Under the pieces are notes generated by a model, which saw only the letters and a program-made list of their open reading frames with translations, made no database searches and had not been told where the DNA came from. A stretch of DNA of 64,000 nucleotides, from the NCBI GenBank assembly GCA_965204735.1, contig OZ242008.1:768001-832000 (forward strand), read 5' to 3'. The translations under genes and the position numbers were made by a program. The stretch is from Longimicrobiales bacterium (lineage in GTDB: Bacteria; Gemmatimonadota; Gemmatimonadetes; Longimicrobiales; Gaopeijiaceae). Positions 48,368 to 60,578 of the stretch are shown here, one piece after another. Each line of letters opens with the position of its first letter. Within the stretch, counting starts at the first letter, position 1.

Positions 48368-49246
48368 ATGTTGACCCCCGTCCCCGCCGGCGCCCGCCGC
48401 CCCGAGGCCATGGCCGACGTGCCCGGCGTCTGCGAGCTGCCGCTGACCCGGGCCGTGGTCCAGTACCGCGACGTCCACGAACTCGATCACCCGGGCGGGC
48501 GCATCCAGGACATCGGCCTGGCCGTAGTCGTGGAAGGCCGCTTCGCTTCGTCGGTGCGGGCAATCGACCTGGGCTCCGCCGAGACGAAGTTCCTCGACCT
48601 GAGCTCCGAGCTGGTCGTGCTGGACTGGGTCTACGAGCCGACCTTGGCCCACGTCCGCCGCTTGGCCGCCGCGGCGTCCGAGGACCGGCCGCCCGGCGCC
48701 GGGCTGGGACCCTACTGCTTCGACCTGGCGCTGCGGGTGCTGGCCAGGAAGGGGTTCACGCCCCTTACGCGCTCCACGCTGCTGCGGATCGGCTACCGCG
48801 ACCTCTGCCAGGACTTGGACCTCCACGAAGGCACGGCGGTGAGGATCGCCACCCGGCCGGGCAAGCTCGTCCGGGTGCATCTGGAGTACGACGCTGCCGC
48901 CCTGGTGTTCGAGACCTTGCCCGCCGAACGCGATCCGCTGCTGGAAAGCGCCCTGCGGGAAGTCTTCCCGGGGATTCCCGCCGCGCCGTTCGGCGCCGGC
49001 GAAGGCATGGGCGCCGAACCCTGCCGGGGCTACCGCGTGCGGTTCGGGGTGCCGCTGGACTTCGGCGAGGCGCGCCGGAGCCTCTACCGGATGCGCCACG
49101 GCCTCTCCCACCTGGTGGCCCGATTCGAGCCGGAGCGGTTCCGCGAGCTCGACGGCTTGGTCTCGGCGTTCGGGGAGCGCCGAACGCTGGATCGGCTGGG
49201 CTTCCCCGGAGTCGCCGCCGTGGGAGTGGGCGCCTCGATCCACTGA
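48368..49246 (+). CDS. Hypothetical protein
   Basis: Long ORF with host-like codon bias and globular composition. No family recognised. Confidence 0.7.
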   Translation: MLTPVPAGARRPEAMADVPGVCELPLTRAVVQYRDVHELDHPGGRIQDIGLAVVVEGRFASSVRAIDLGSAETKFLDLSSELVVLDWVYEPTLAHVRRLAAAASEDRPPGAGLGPYCFDLALRVLARKGFTPLTRSTLLRIGYRDLCQDLDLHEGTAVRIATRPGKLVRVHLEYDAAALVFETLPAERDPLLESALREVFPGIPAAPFGAGEGMGAEPCRGYRVRFGVPLDFGEARRSLYRMRHGLSHLVARFEPERFRELDGLVSAFGERRTLDRLGFPGVAAVGVGASIH

Positions 49247-49792
49247 AGGGGCCGCTCGGCGACGCTCGCCGCCGCCGCGAGACCCGGAGGGAGGCGCGAC
49301 GGGGGTCCTGCGGAGGCGATGGAGACGCCGGGGGGGACCCTGCGGAGGACCCGAGGGCGCCCGAACGGACCCGCGCCGGCGGTTCCCGAGGATGTTTCCC
49401 GAGATCGCGTCTTCGGGCGCCACACCCCCTTTGGGACCGTCCGCTGCAGGGCCGTGCGAGTCGTCACAACTCCATATGGGATTGGTACTTTGGGAACGGA
49501 CCGCACCGATGACGGATGCTCGGGCGGCCACGGGAAACAGTTGGTAAGAGGGGTCCGAGACATGCGGCGGCGCAAAGGCGGCAATTCTTCGTAAATCATT
49601 ATCAGACAACACTTTGCGCACAGTTCCAGACGCGACTCGCGGAAGTGGCGGGCGCTCCGCCCCGCTCACTTGTGAATCCTACTTCGGCTTCGTATCGTTC
49701 CGATCCAACCTTCTGGAGACGAGGGGCCCCGGCCACCGACGGCCGAGCCGATTCTGCTCCGAGCCCACCAGCCGACACGATAGGGATTGCCG

Positions 49793-50014
49793 ATGTGGAA
49801 CACCCGGTCCGTGCGACTTGACGTCCGCCTCCCGGCCGATGTGGCCAACGAGGTGGAGAGTGCCCAGACCTCCGACCCCGGGTTCCTTGCCCAGGTGCTC
49901 GAATACGGCTTCGCCCGACGATCGGCGTACCGTGCGCTGAAGGACGACCAGCCGAACGGCCGGACCGCCCATCACTTGCCGGACGGCGGGACCGGGGGCT
50001 TCGTGCAGCCGTAA
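49793..50014 (+). CDS. Small hypothetical protein (possible ribbon-helix-helix-like N-terminus)
   Basis: MWNTRSVRLDVRLPADVANEVE... shows a strand-helix-helix pattern; AGGGA lies upstream. Confidence 0.55.
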   Translation: MWNTRSVRLDVRLPADVANEVESAQTSDPGFLAQVLEYGFARRSAYRALKDDQPNGRTAHHLPDGGTGGFVQP

Positions 50015-50378
50015 GTTCCCCCCGGGTTCGGGCGCGCCACCGTCGGTGGGCTCGTCCGGGCTCGCTCCCCGCCGGGAAGTCCGGCTCGCTCCCACAGGAC
50101 TTGGCCCGGGGGCGGCGCCACGCTTTCCAGGACCGGCGCCACGGCTTCGTCGCCGGGGCGTGGCCGTGCCTCCATGGCGGTTGACCGGGCGGCCGGGCCG
50201 AGCGGCCAAAGCGACGTCGGCCCGCGCGTCCAAGGCGGCGCAGCATCTTCTTGTTGCCAAGTCGAATTCCCTTTAAGACCTTGACGTGCCGCCATCGCCT
50301 GTGCAATCTTCATGTTTCCTCTCGGTAAACGTCTGACTGCCGGGTTTCGTCCAGCCTTTGGGTACAAGGCAGAAACAA

Positions 50379-50720
50379 ATGGCGGAAAGAAACGGCGACC
50401 GCGTGCTTCGCGCCAAGTACAACGACTATTGTTCGGGACGGGTGGCCGACGTCCTGTTGTCGCTGTCGGCCGAAGAAGTGTACGCGCTGGCCGAGGCCGA
50501 AGCCCGCGCGGCCAACCTCGTCGCCCCGTCGTCCCACGACGAAGCCGTGCGCCTCGCCACCCGCAAGATCCGCGACCGCCTCAAGCTGCCCCGATTCCGA
50601 GAGTGGGCGAAAGAGTACCTGCGGGAACCCCAGCGCTTCGACCCGCACCTGATGGGGCTGTGGCGGTCGGAGTCCGACGCCGACTCCGACGGCGAAGAAG
50701 CGGACGACGGCGCGGCCTAG
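50379..50720 (+). CDS. Hypothetical protein
   Basis: Strong GC3 bias; LRAKYNDYCS..., LPRFREW...Y..EP.RFD. Confidence 0.7.
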   Translation: MAERNGDRVLRAKYNDYCSGRVADVLLSLSAEEVYALAEAEARAANLVAPSSHDEAVRLATRKIRDRLKLPRFREWAKEYLREPQRFDPHLMGLWRSESDADSDGEEADDGAA

Positions 50721-50750
50721 CAGCCCCGCCTACTTTGCAGCGGTAGACGC

Positions 50751-50966
50751 CTACTTGTAGCGGTAGGTGACTCTGCCTCGGGTGAGGTCGTAGGGAGACA
50801 TCTCCACCTTCACCCGATCTCCGGCCAGGACGCGGATGTAGAACTTCCGCATCTTCCCCGACAAGTACGCCAGGATCTCGTGGCCGTTCTCCAGCTTGAC
50901 CCTGAAGTTCGCGTTGGGGAGCACTTCGGTGATCGTGCCTTCCATCTCGATCGCGTCGCTGGCCAT
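50751..50966 (-). CDS. infA: Translation initiation factor IF-1
   Basis: [50 protein letters not shown]; 71 aa. Confidence 0.97.
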   Translation of the reverse strand: MASDAIEMEGTITEVLPNANFRVKLENGHEILAYLSGKMRKFYIRVLAGDRVKVEMSPYDLTRGRVTYRYK

Positions 50967-51406
50967 CAGAAGGGCAGGTCGTCGTCGGGCTCGGCGACTG
51001 GTGCGCTCGCGCCCTGAGCCGCCGGCTCGTGTCCGCCGCTCCGCGGGGCGCCCTGTTCTCCTTCGACGCCTCCCCTGGACCCCAGCATGATCATCTCGTA
51101 GACGATGACGTCGGTCCAGTAGCGGGCGTTGCCTTGCTCGTCCTGGGTCTGGGAGTACTCTATCCGGCCTTCCACGTAGAGCCGGTCGCCTTTCTTGACC
51201 CACTGCTCCACCACGTCCACGAGCCGGCCGAAGAAGGTAAGGCGGTGCCACTGGGTGCGTTCCTGCTGCTGGCCCGCGCGGTCCTGGAACGAGCGGCTGG
51301 TGGCGAGGGAGAGCTTCGCCACGCGGTTGCCGCTTGCCGTGGTCCTCACGTCGGGGTCTCCGCCCACGTTGCCGATCAACGTGGCCTTGTTGAGAGATCG
51401 TGCCAT
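50966..51406 (-). CDS. ssb: Single-stranded DNA-binding protein
   Basis: [29 protein letters not shown]-terminal DDDLPF. Confidence 0.97.
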   Translation of the reverse strand: MARSLNKATLIGNVGGDPDVRTTASGNRVAKLSLATSRSFQDRAGQQQERTQWHRLTFFGRLVDVVEQWVKKGDRLYVEGRIEYSQTQDEQGNARYWTDVIVYEMIMLGSRGGVEGEQGAPRSGGHEPAAQGASAPVAEPDDDLPF

Positions 51407-51577
51407 GGGGTTCCTTGGGAGTTGGGCGCTGTCCTTGGGGGGCCGGTGCGGTGCTTGGGTCTGCTGACGGGCGAGAAAGGTAAGGCGAAGCGGCCCGGGC
51501 CGCCATGGGGTCGACGGGTGGCGCGACTGCGCGGAGGGGCCTTCCGACTGCCCCCGGGCGTTCCTACCTTTGGGGCC

Positions 51578-52363
51578 ATGGACGAGAACAAGTACGTCAG
51601 GACCGAACGCGCCGGCGCGACCGCCACGGTGATCATCGACCGGCCGCGGAAGCTCAACGCCCTGAACCCGGTCGTGATCGAGGAGATCGACCAGGCGTTC
51701 GCCGGCTTGCGGGAAGACGACGCGGTGCGCGGGGTGCTCCTCGCAGGCGCGGGCGACAAGGCGTTCGTGGCGGGGGCCGACATCGGCGTCCTCGCCGAGA
51801 TGAAGCCCCTCTCCGGGGCCGAGGTCAGCCGCCAGGGGCAGGCGGTCCTCCGACGGATCGAGGGCTTCCCGAAGCCGGTGGTGGCCGCGGTGGGCGGCTA
51901 CGCGCTGGGAGGGGGATGCGAGCTGGCGCTGGCGTGCCATCTGCGGGTGGCGAGCGAGCGGGCCAAGTTCGGCCTGCCGGAAGTGGGGCTGGGGATCATC
52001 CCGGGCTACGGAGGCACGGTGCGCCTCGCCCGGTTGGTGGGATTGGGCCGCGCGATGGAGATCGTCTTGACCGGGGAGATGATCGACGCGCAACGGGCTT
52101 TCGAGATCGGCCTGGTCAACGCCGTGGCGCCCCACGGCGAGCTCATGGAGCGGGCCGGGAAGCTCCTGGCCCGGATCGTTCGGAACGGTCCGGTGGCCCT
52201 CGAGATGGCCCTCAAGTCCATGTACGCGGCGGCGGAGAACCCGATGGAGCACGCCCTGGCGCTGGAGTCGTCCCTCTTCGGCCTCCTGGCTTCCACGGAC
52301 GACATGAAGGAAGGCATGGCGGCGTTCCTGCAAAAGCGCAAGGCGCGCTTCAAGGGGCGGTAG
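51578..52363 (+). CDS. Enoyl-CoA hydratase (crotonase family)
   Basis: RP.KLNALN, AFVAGADI, ALGGGCELALAC, GLPEV.LG..PGYGGT. Confidence 0.93.
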   Translation: MDENKYVRTERAGATATVIIDRPRKLNALNPVVIEEIDQAFAGLREDDAVRGVLLAGAGDKAFVAGADIGVLAEMKPLSGAEVSRQGQAVLRRIEGFPKPVVAAVGGYALGGGCELALACHLRVASERAKFGLPEVGLGIIPGYGGTVRLARLVGLGRAMEIVLTGEMIDAQRAFEIGLVNAVAPHGELMERAGKLLARIVRNGPVALEMALKSMYAAAENPMEHALALESSLFGLLASTDDMKEGMAAFLQKRKARFKGR

Positions 52364-52522
52364 GCGTCCCCGGACGCGCCAAGGCTCGGCTGCTCCGCGA
52401 CCGCATCGAGGCCGTCACCGGACGGCGTCCCCCGGCGCGCCAAGGCTCGGCCGGGGCCCCGCCGGCGCCCGTTCTCCGTTACATTCAATCATGTCCGACG
52501 CTCTCCTCGTCCGGCCTTCGTC

Positions 52523-53658
52523 GTGGTCCTGGTGGTCCTGAGGGAGTTGGAGCTGCGCCACTTCCGGAACCTGGGAGTCCAGAGTCTGCGGTTCCCTCCG
52601 GAGGGCGTGGCCGTCGTCGGAGACAACGCCCAAGGGAAGTCGAACCTGCTGGAGGCGGTCTACTACCTGGAGAGCTTTCGATCGTTCCGAGGAGCCGGCG
52701 ACGGTCAGCTCGTGGCGTTCTCCGAAGACGTGTTCCACCTGCGGGGCGACGTCGCCGGCGAGAGGCCGGCCACGGTGTCGGCCGGCTTCGACCGGAAAGG
52801 GAAGAGGAAGAAGGTGACCGTGGACGGAAACGAAGCGCCCCGGATCGCCGACGCCCTGGGAAGGCTGGGCGCGGTGGCCTTCTCCCCGGCGGACGCCGAT
52901 CTGGTCGGCGGCGGGCCCGGAGGACGGCGACGCTTCCTCGACGTCGTGCTCTCGCTGAACCTGCCGGGGTACGTGAAGGCCCTCCAGGGGTACCGCCGGG
53001 CGCTGGTTCAGCGGAACGCGGCGCTTCGCGCAGGTTCGGGACGGGCCGCCGCGCAGGCGTGGGAGGGCGGCTTGGTCGAGCAGGGCGCGACGGTGGCCGC
53101 CGGGCGCCACGAGTGGGTCGCCGCGTGGGCGGACTCCTTCGCCCGCTACTACCGCGCGGTGTCGGGGGGCGGCGTCGCGTCCATGGAGTACCGGCCGAAC
53201 CTGGACGCCGGGGCGGACGCCTGCGACGGCGACCGCTACCCGACGGACGCCGCCCGAGATCGCTTTCGGCGGCGCCTCGACGACGAGTGGGAGGAAGACG
53301 CGCGACGGGGCTCGACCCGCGCCGGTCCTCACCGGGACGAGCTCCGGATCGCCGTCGAGTCCGGCGGGCGCCGGGTTCCGGCCCGCGCCTACGGCTCCGG
53401 CGGGCAGCGCCGCACCGCGGCCCTGGCGCTTCGCTTGGTCGAAGCGGCCACGATCCGCCGCCAGCGGGGCGCCGAGCCGATCCTGCTGCTGGACGACGCC
53501 TTCGCCGAGCTCGACCCAGGCCGGTCGGAACGGGTGATGGCGCTCATGGAGGCAGAGGGACGGGGCCAAGTGATCCTCACTGCGCCGAAGGAGTCGGACG
53601 TGCGGTTGCGGAGCATGTCGCTGGCCCGCTGGCGGATCCGCGGCGGAGCGATCGAGGC

Positions 53659-53662
<4 letters not shown>
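52523..53662 (+). CDS. recF: DNA replication and repair protein RecF
   Basis: FRN, GDNAQGKSNLLEA, SFR, RRRFLD, QRNA.L, GPHRD, GSGGQRR, LLLDD.F.ELD. The start may instead be 52532. Confidence 0.95.
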
Positions 53663-56032
<2,370 letters not shown>

Positions 56033-56042
56033 CGTGACGACA

Positions 56043-57521
56043 ATGCGCGGAGCGGGGACGGCAGGTCGGAGACGTCCGGCCGGCCGGGAGCCTGCGGGAG
56101 CGGAGCTTGCCGTGGTTGCCGTGGCCGTGGTCGGACTCGTGGCGACGGCTTGCGGCGACGGCGGCGCCGAGCCCGACGAGTTCACGGGCACGCCCAACAC
56201 GCCGCCGGTGGCGTCGTTCACGGTGGACGTGGAGGAGGGCGACGCGCCGCTGGAAGTGCGCTTCGACGGCAGCGCTTCGGCGGACCCGGACGGCGCCGTC
56301 GTCGGCTGGGCGTGGACGTTCGGGGACGGGGCGAACGGTTCCGGCCGCACCACGACCCACGTGTACGGGGAGGTCGGCTCCCATACGCCCGCCCTGACCG
56401 TGACCGACGAGCGAGGGGCGACCGACACCCAGCAGGGAAGCGCCATCACCGTGAACAGCCCGCCGGGGACGGGCGACAACGAGATCGCCGGAGTGGTGTG
56501 GCACGACGCCGACGCCGACGGCGAGCGGGACGAGGACGAGCAGACGATCCCAGGGTTCGTGGTCTTCCTGGACGCGAACGGAAACGGCGCCAGGGACTCC
56601 ACCGAGAGCGCGGCGGTCACCAACGACGACGGCGAGTACGGCTTCGAGGGGCTGGACGGACGCGAGCCCTACACCGTCACCCAGGAGATGACCCTGGGCT
56701 GGACCAACACCGCGCCCGGGGTTCCCGGGGCGCCGACGCCGGAGCGGGCGCTGCCGATCATCGGGGGCGAGCCGGCCGATTCCGGGGCGTTCCGCTTCCA
56801 GGTGGCGCTGACGAGAACGCGCGGCGCGCGGTTCGCGAACTGCGGCGGCACCTTCGTCGCGCCGGGGTGGGTGCTGACGGCGGCCCACTGCGTGGACGGC
56901 GGCGTGGACCCTTCCACCATGCAAGTGCTGGCGGGCACCCACGACTTGCGCCAGGGGGGCGAGTTCATCGACGTGGCGCGGATTGTCATCCACCCCCGCT
57001 ACGGCACCTCTGCCGTCGCCAACGACATCGCCCTGCTGCAGCTGGCGGGACGCTACGACTATCCGCGGATCGAGCTTCTGACGCCGGACCGGGCCAAGCT
57101 GGCGGAGCCCGGAACGACGGCGACCACGATCGGATGGGGCCTCACGTCGGAGGGAGGCAGCGCGTCGCCGCTGCTCAAGAAGCTGGAATCGCAGATCATC
57201 AGCAACGACGAGTGCAAGACCCATCTGGACTCGGCCGTGGTGGACGCGACGATCTGCGCAGGGATGCTGGGCGCGTCGGAGTCCACCTGCAACGGCGACT
57301 CGGGGGGACCGCTGATGGTGCCCTTTCGAGGGCGTTGGGTTCAGGTGGGCATCGTCAGCTTCGGCACCAACATCTGCTACCAGCCCACGGCCTACGCCCG
57401 CGTGTCCGCGCTGGTCGACCACGTGCTGGCCAACATCCCGCCCGAACCGTCGGGCGCCGTGGTGGTGGACTGGAGCGACGGCGCAACGACGGCGGAGGTG
57501 AACTTTGGGAATTACCGGTAA
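56043..57521 (+). CDS. Lipoprotein: PKD domain, SdrD-B-like domain and S1 (trypsin-family) serine protease
   Basis: Lipobox VATAC; FDGSASADPDG..W.FGDG; G.VW.D...DG..D..E; IIGG, LTAAHC, NDIALL, GDSGGPL. Confidence 0.9.
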   Translation: MRGAGTAGRRRPAGREPAGAELAVVAVAVVGLVATACGDGGAEPDEFTGTPNTPPVASFTVDVEEGDAPLEVRFDGSASADPDGAVVGWAWTFGDGANGSGRTTTHVYGEVGSHTPALTVTDERGATDTQQGSAITVNSPPGTGDNEIAGVVWHDADADGERDEDEQTIPGFVVFLDANGNGARDSTESAAVTNDDGEYGFEGLDGREPYTVTQEMTLGWTNTAPGVPGAPTPERALPIIGGEPADSGAFRFQVALTRTRGARFANCGGTFVAPGWVLTAAHCVDGGVDPSTMQVLAGTHDLRQGGEFIDVARIVIHPRYGTSAVANDIALLQLAGRYDYPRIELLTPDRAKLAEPGTTATTIGWGLTSEGGSASPLLKKLESQIISNDECKTHLDSAVVDATICAGMLGASESTCNGDSGGPLMVPFRGRWVQVGIVSFGTNICYQPTAYARVSALVDHVLANIPPEPSGAVVVDWSDGATTAEVNFGNYR

Positions 57522-57625
57522 GGTGGCGCACCGAAACGGTGGGCCGTAACGTGAAGAACCTTCCTGCGAACCGCAGGACCGACGGCGGCGCGTGCGCGCC
57601 GATCGACCCGCAGCATGGAGAGACC

Positions 57626-60556
57626 ATGAGCAGAACCTTACGTGCGAACGCTGTTGCCCTTCTTGCCGCGCTGAGTGCGCTGGCGGGCGGGGCATCCCCT
57701 GCCCTGGCCCAGACGGGCGTCGTCCAGGGACAGGTGGTGGACGCTTCTTCGATGCGTCCGCTCTCCGACGCCCAAATCCTGGTCGAGGGGACCGGGATCG
57801 GCCAGCTGGCCAACGCCTCCGGGCGCTTCGTGCTCCTGAACGTGCCGGCCGGCGACCACGTCGTGCGCGTGACGCTGATCGGCTACAGCGAGGCCGAGCA
57901 GAGCGTGACCGTGGCGCCCGGCCAGACCGTAACGATAGACGTCTCGCTTCATTCCACGGCGATCTCCCTGGACGAGCTGGTGGTTACGGGCGTCGGCGCG
58001 GAGACCGCCCGGCGAGCCCTGGGCACTTCCGTGGAGGTCGTGGGCGCCGAAGAGATCGCGGTGGCCCCGGTCCAGTCGGTGGCCACGTTCCTCCAAGGAC
58101 GGGTGCCGGGCGCGACGGTGAACGCCACGTCGGCCCAGCCGGGCACGGGCTCCCTGATCAACTTCCGCGGCGTCTCGTCGGTCTTCGGCGCCCAAACGCC
58201 GATCATCTACGTGGACGGCGTGCGCGTGGACAACGACCAGTCCACCGCAGCCGGCACCGGCGGAGAGCAGTCCTCGGCGCTGGCCGACCTGCTCACCACG
58301 GACATCGAGCGGATCGAGGTCACCAAGGGCGGCGCCGCGTCCACGTTGTATGGCTCCGACGCGGCGACCGGGGTGATCCAGGTCTTCACGAGGAAGGGAA
58401 CTCCAGGAGCGCCGCGGATCACCGGCCGGATCGAGCAGGGGATCGAGCTCCCCGAACTCAAGTACATCTTCGACACGCGGCTGGCGTTCCCCGACCAAGT
58501 CGAGTCGGGCGAGGTGACCGGCACGTTCATGGAGGACGTCTTCTTCAAGAGCGGCCACACTCAGAACTACTACTTGGGCGTCTCCGGCGGAACCGCCGAC
58601 GTGACGTACAACGTCAGCGGACGGCTTGAAGAGAAGGACGGGACCCAGCCCAAGGACGGCAGCACCAACTACAGCCTTCGGGGCGGGATCCAGGCGTCCC
58701 TGACCGAGAACTTCACTTTCGAGTTCTCCGGCAGCTACGTGCGCCACAACTTCGACCGTCTCTACAACGGATCGGCCATCGCTGATCCGCTGACCACTTT
58801 CGAAGTGGGCGACGCCCTCTTCTTTTCGCGAGCGTCCACGCTGCAGGAGGCAATGGATATCTTCTTGCTGCCGGAGATCACCGAGTGGGTGAACCGGTCG
58901 ATCATGTCCGGCACGGCCCGCTGGCAGATCCGAGACGACCTTGGCTTCCGATTCACGCTGGGCACCGACAACCGAACCAATCAGCAACGCACGTACGAAC
59001 CCATCGGCTTCACGCCGGGCGAGCCCACCGGCGAGCTCCGCCGCTTCGACCGTTCTTTCACTTCCGTGTCGCTGGATGCGGGGCTGACGTACGATTGGAG
59101 CACCGCGGACGGTGTTGTCGGCACCGCCACGTCAATCGGAGTCCAAGGCTTTCGGGACGACGAGAGCACCATCGTCGGCCGCGGTCGAACCTTTGGCCTG
59201 CCGGGCACCTTCGACTTCGGATCGGCTGCCGAGATCGTAGCCGACGAAGGCAATGTCGAGCTGTTCAGCGGCGGCGTTTACGTGGACGAACAGGTGAGCC
59301 TGTGGGACAAGCTCTACGTGGGCGGCGGCTTCCGGATCGACGCCGCCTCCAGCTTCGGCGACAACATCGACTACGAGTTCTACCCCAAGGCTACCGGCTC
59401 CTACATCTTGTCGGAGGACCTTCCTCTTTCGTTCGTCGACGAGTTCAAGCTCCGCGCGGCCTACGGGCAGGCTGGCAACTTTCCCGGAAACTTCCTGAAG
59501 GACAGGACCTTTTCGTCCACCTCCTTCCGGGGCGAGGCGGCGCCTCGCTTCTCGAACCCCGGGAACGCCGAGCTTCGGGCCGAGACCACGTCCACGATAG
59601 AAGTCGGCTTCGACGCGGCGCTCCTGAACAACCGGATCGGCCTCAACTTCACTTGGTACGACGCAGTTACCTCCGACGCTCTCTTCCAGGTGCCCCGTCA
59701 ACCGGTCACGGGCCAGGGCACGCAGCAGGAGAACGTGGGGCAAATACGCAACACCGGAGTGGAGGTCGCCGCCAACTTCCAGCTGTTGAACAAGCGTGGC
59801 TTCGCGTGGTCGGCGGGCGGCAGCTTCCAGTGGGTGGACAACCGAGTGACGGACATGGGCGGCGTCGCCGACTTTGCCGTGGACGGGCAGAAGTGGGTGA
59901 CTGAAGGTCAGCCCATCGGTACTTGGCGCCTGACTACCCCGATAGACACCAACAACGACAACTTGCCGGACGCCTCCCAGCGTGTCTACACCGGATACCA
60001 CCCGGTGCCGAACAAGAGCGGCGGCGTCAACACCACGATCTCGGTAGGCAGCAACCTCACCATCAGTGCACTGGCCGACTGGGCTGGCGGTCACCACGCC
60101 TTCGACTTTGGTTCGGTGTGGGCCACGTTCAACGGCATCTACCGCTTGGAAAGACTCAACTGCGGCTTGGATTGGCTTGATCCGCGGATCGAGGGCAACC
60201 CTGATGGTCCCACCTGCGCCTCTGCCTTTCCGGTACAGTTCGACACCGCCGGTGTAGGCAAGAGAAAGTACAGCCAGAGTTCCGCTCGAAGCGCCTTTCT
60301 TTACGACGGCGACTACTTCAAGCTAAGAGAAGTGTCGGTGCGCTACGTGCTGCCCGAGAGCATAGTCCAGTACGCTGGAGCAAGCCGAGGGACGATCTAC
60401 GCAACGGGCCGAAACCTTTGGATATGGTCCCGCAACCAGCTCCTTGACGGCGAACTCAATGGCCTTAGCGGCGGCGGTTTGCAGCTGGGCAGCGAGAGCA
60501 GCGTCACCTTGCCTCCCAACCGGACCTTCCGGCTTGGCGTGGAGGTGGTGTTCTAA
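57626..60556 (+). CDS. SusC/RagA-like TonB-dependent receptor
   Basis: GGAGAG RBS, signal peptide, CarboxypepD_reg-like domain, TonB box LDELVVTG, PIIYVDGV, DIERIEV.KG.AA..LYG, C-terminal LGVEVVF. Confidence 0.93.
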   Translation: MSRTLRANAVALLAALSALAGGASPALAQTGVVQGQVVDASSMRPLSDAQILVEGTGIGQLANASGRFVLLNVPAGDHVVRVTLIGYSEAEQSVTVAPGQTVTIDVSLHSTAISLDELVVTGVGAETARRALGTSVEVVGAEEIAVAPVQSVATFLQGRVPGATVNATSAQPGTGSLINFRGVSSVFGAQTPIIYVDGVRVDNDQSTAAGTGGEQSSALADLLTTDIERIEVTKGGAASTLYGSDAATGVIQVFTRKGTPGAPRITGRIEQGIELPELKYIFDTRLAFPDQVESGEVTGTFMEDVFFKSGHTQNYYLGVSGGTADVTYNVSGRLEEKDGTQPKDGSTNYSLRGGIQASLTENFTFEFSGSYVRHNFDRLYNGSAIADPLTTFEVGDALFFSRASTLQEAMDIFLLPEITEWVNRSIMSGTARWQIRDDLGFRFTLGTDNRTNQQRTYEPIGFTPGEPTGELRRFDRSFTSVSLDAGLTYDWSTADGVVGTATSIGVQGFRDDESTIVGRGRTFGLPGTFDFGSAAEIVADEGNVELFSGGVYVDEQVSLWDKLYVGGGFRIDAASSFGDNIDYEFYPKATGSYILSEDLPLSFVDEFKLRAAYGQAGNFPGNFLKDRTFSSTSFRGEAAPRFSNPGNAELRAETTSTIEVGFDAALLNNRIGLNFTWYDAVTSDALFQVPRQPVTGQGTQQENVGQIRNTGVEVAANFQLLNKRGFAWSAGGSFQWVDNRVTDMGGVADFAVDGQKWVTEGQPIGTWRLTTPIDTNNDNLPDASQRVYTGYHPVPNKSGGVNTTISVGSNLTISALADWAGGHHAFDFGSVWATFNGIYRLERLNCGLDWLDPRIEGNPDGPTCASAFPVQFDTAGVGKRKYSQSSARSAFLYDGDYFKLREVSVRYVLPESIVQYAGASRGTIYATGRNLWIWSRNQLLDGELNGLSGGGLQLGSESSVTLPPNRTFRLGVEVVF

Positions 60557-60578
60557 CATGGCCAAGGAGACTCGACCG

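Noticed and set aside
49247..52522. Possible oriC near ssb/recF/gyrB
   Set aside because: No dnaA or dnaN, no TTATCCACA box cluster and no extended AT-rich unwinding element seen.
56150..57625. 1468-aa SusC with a long N-terminal extension
   Set aside because: The extension is an off-frame overlap of the protease gene. RBS and signal peptide place the start at 57626.
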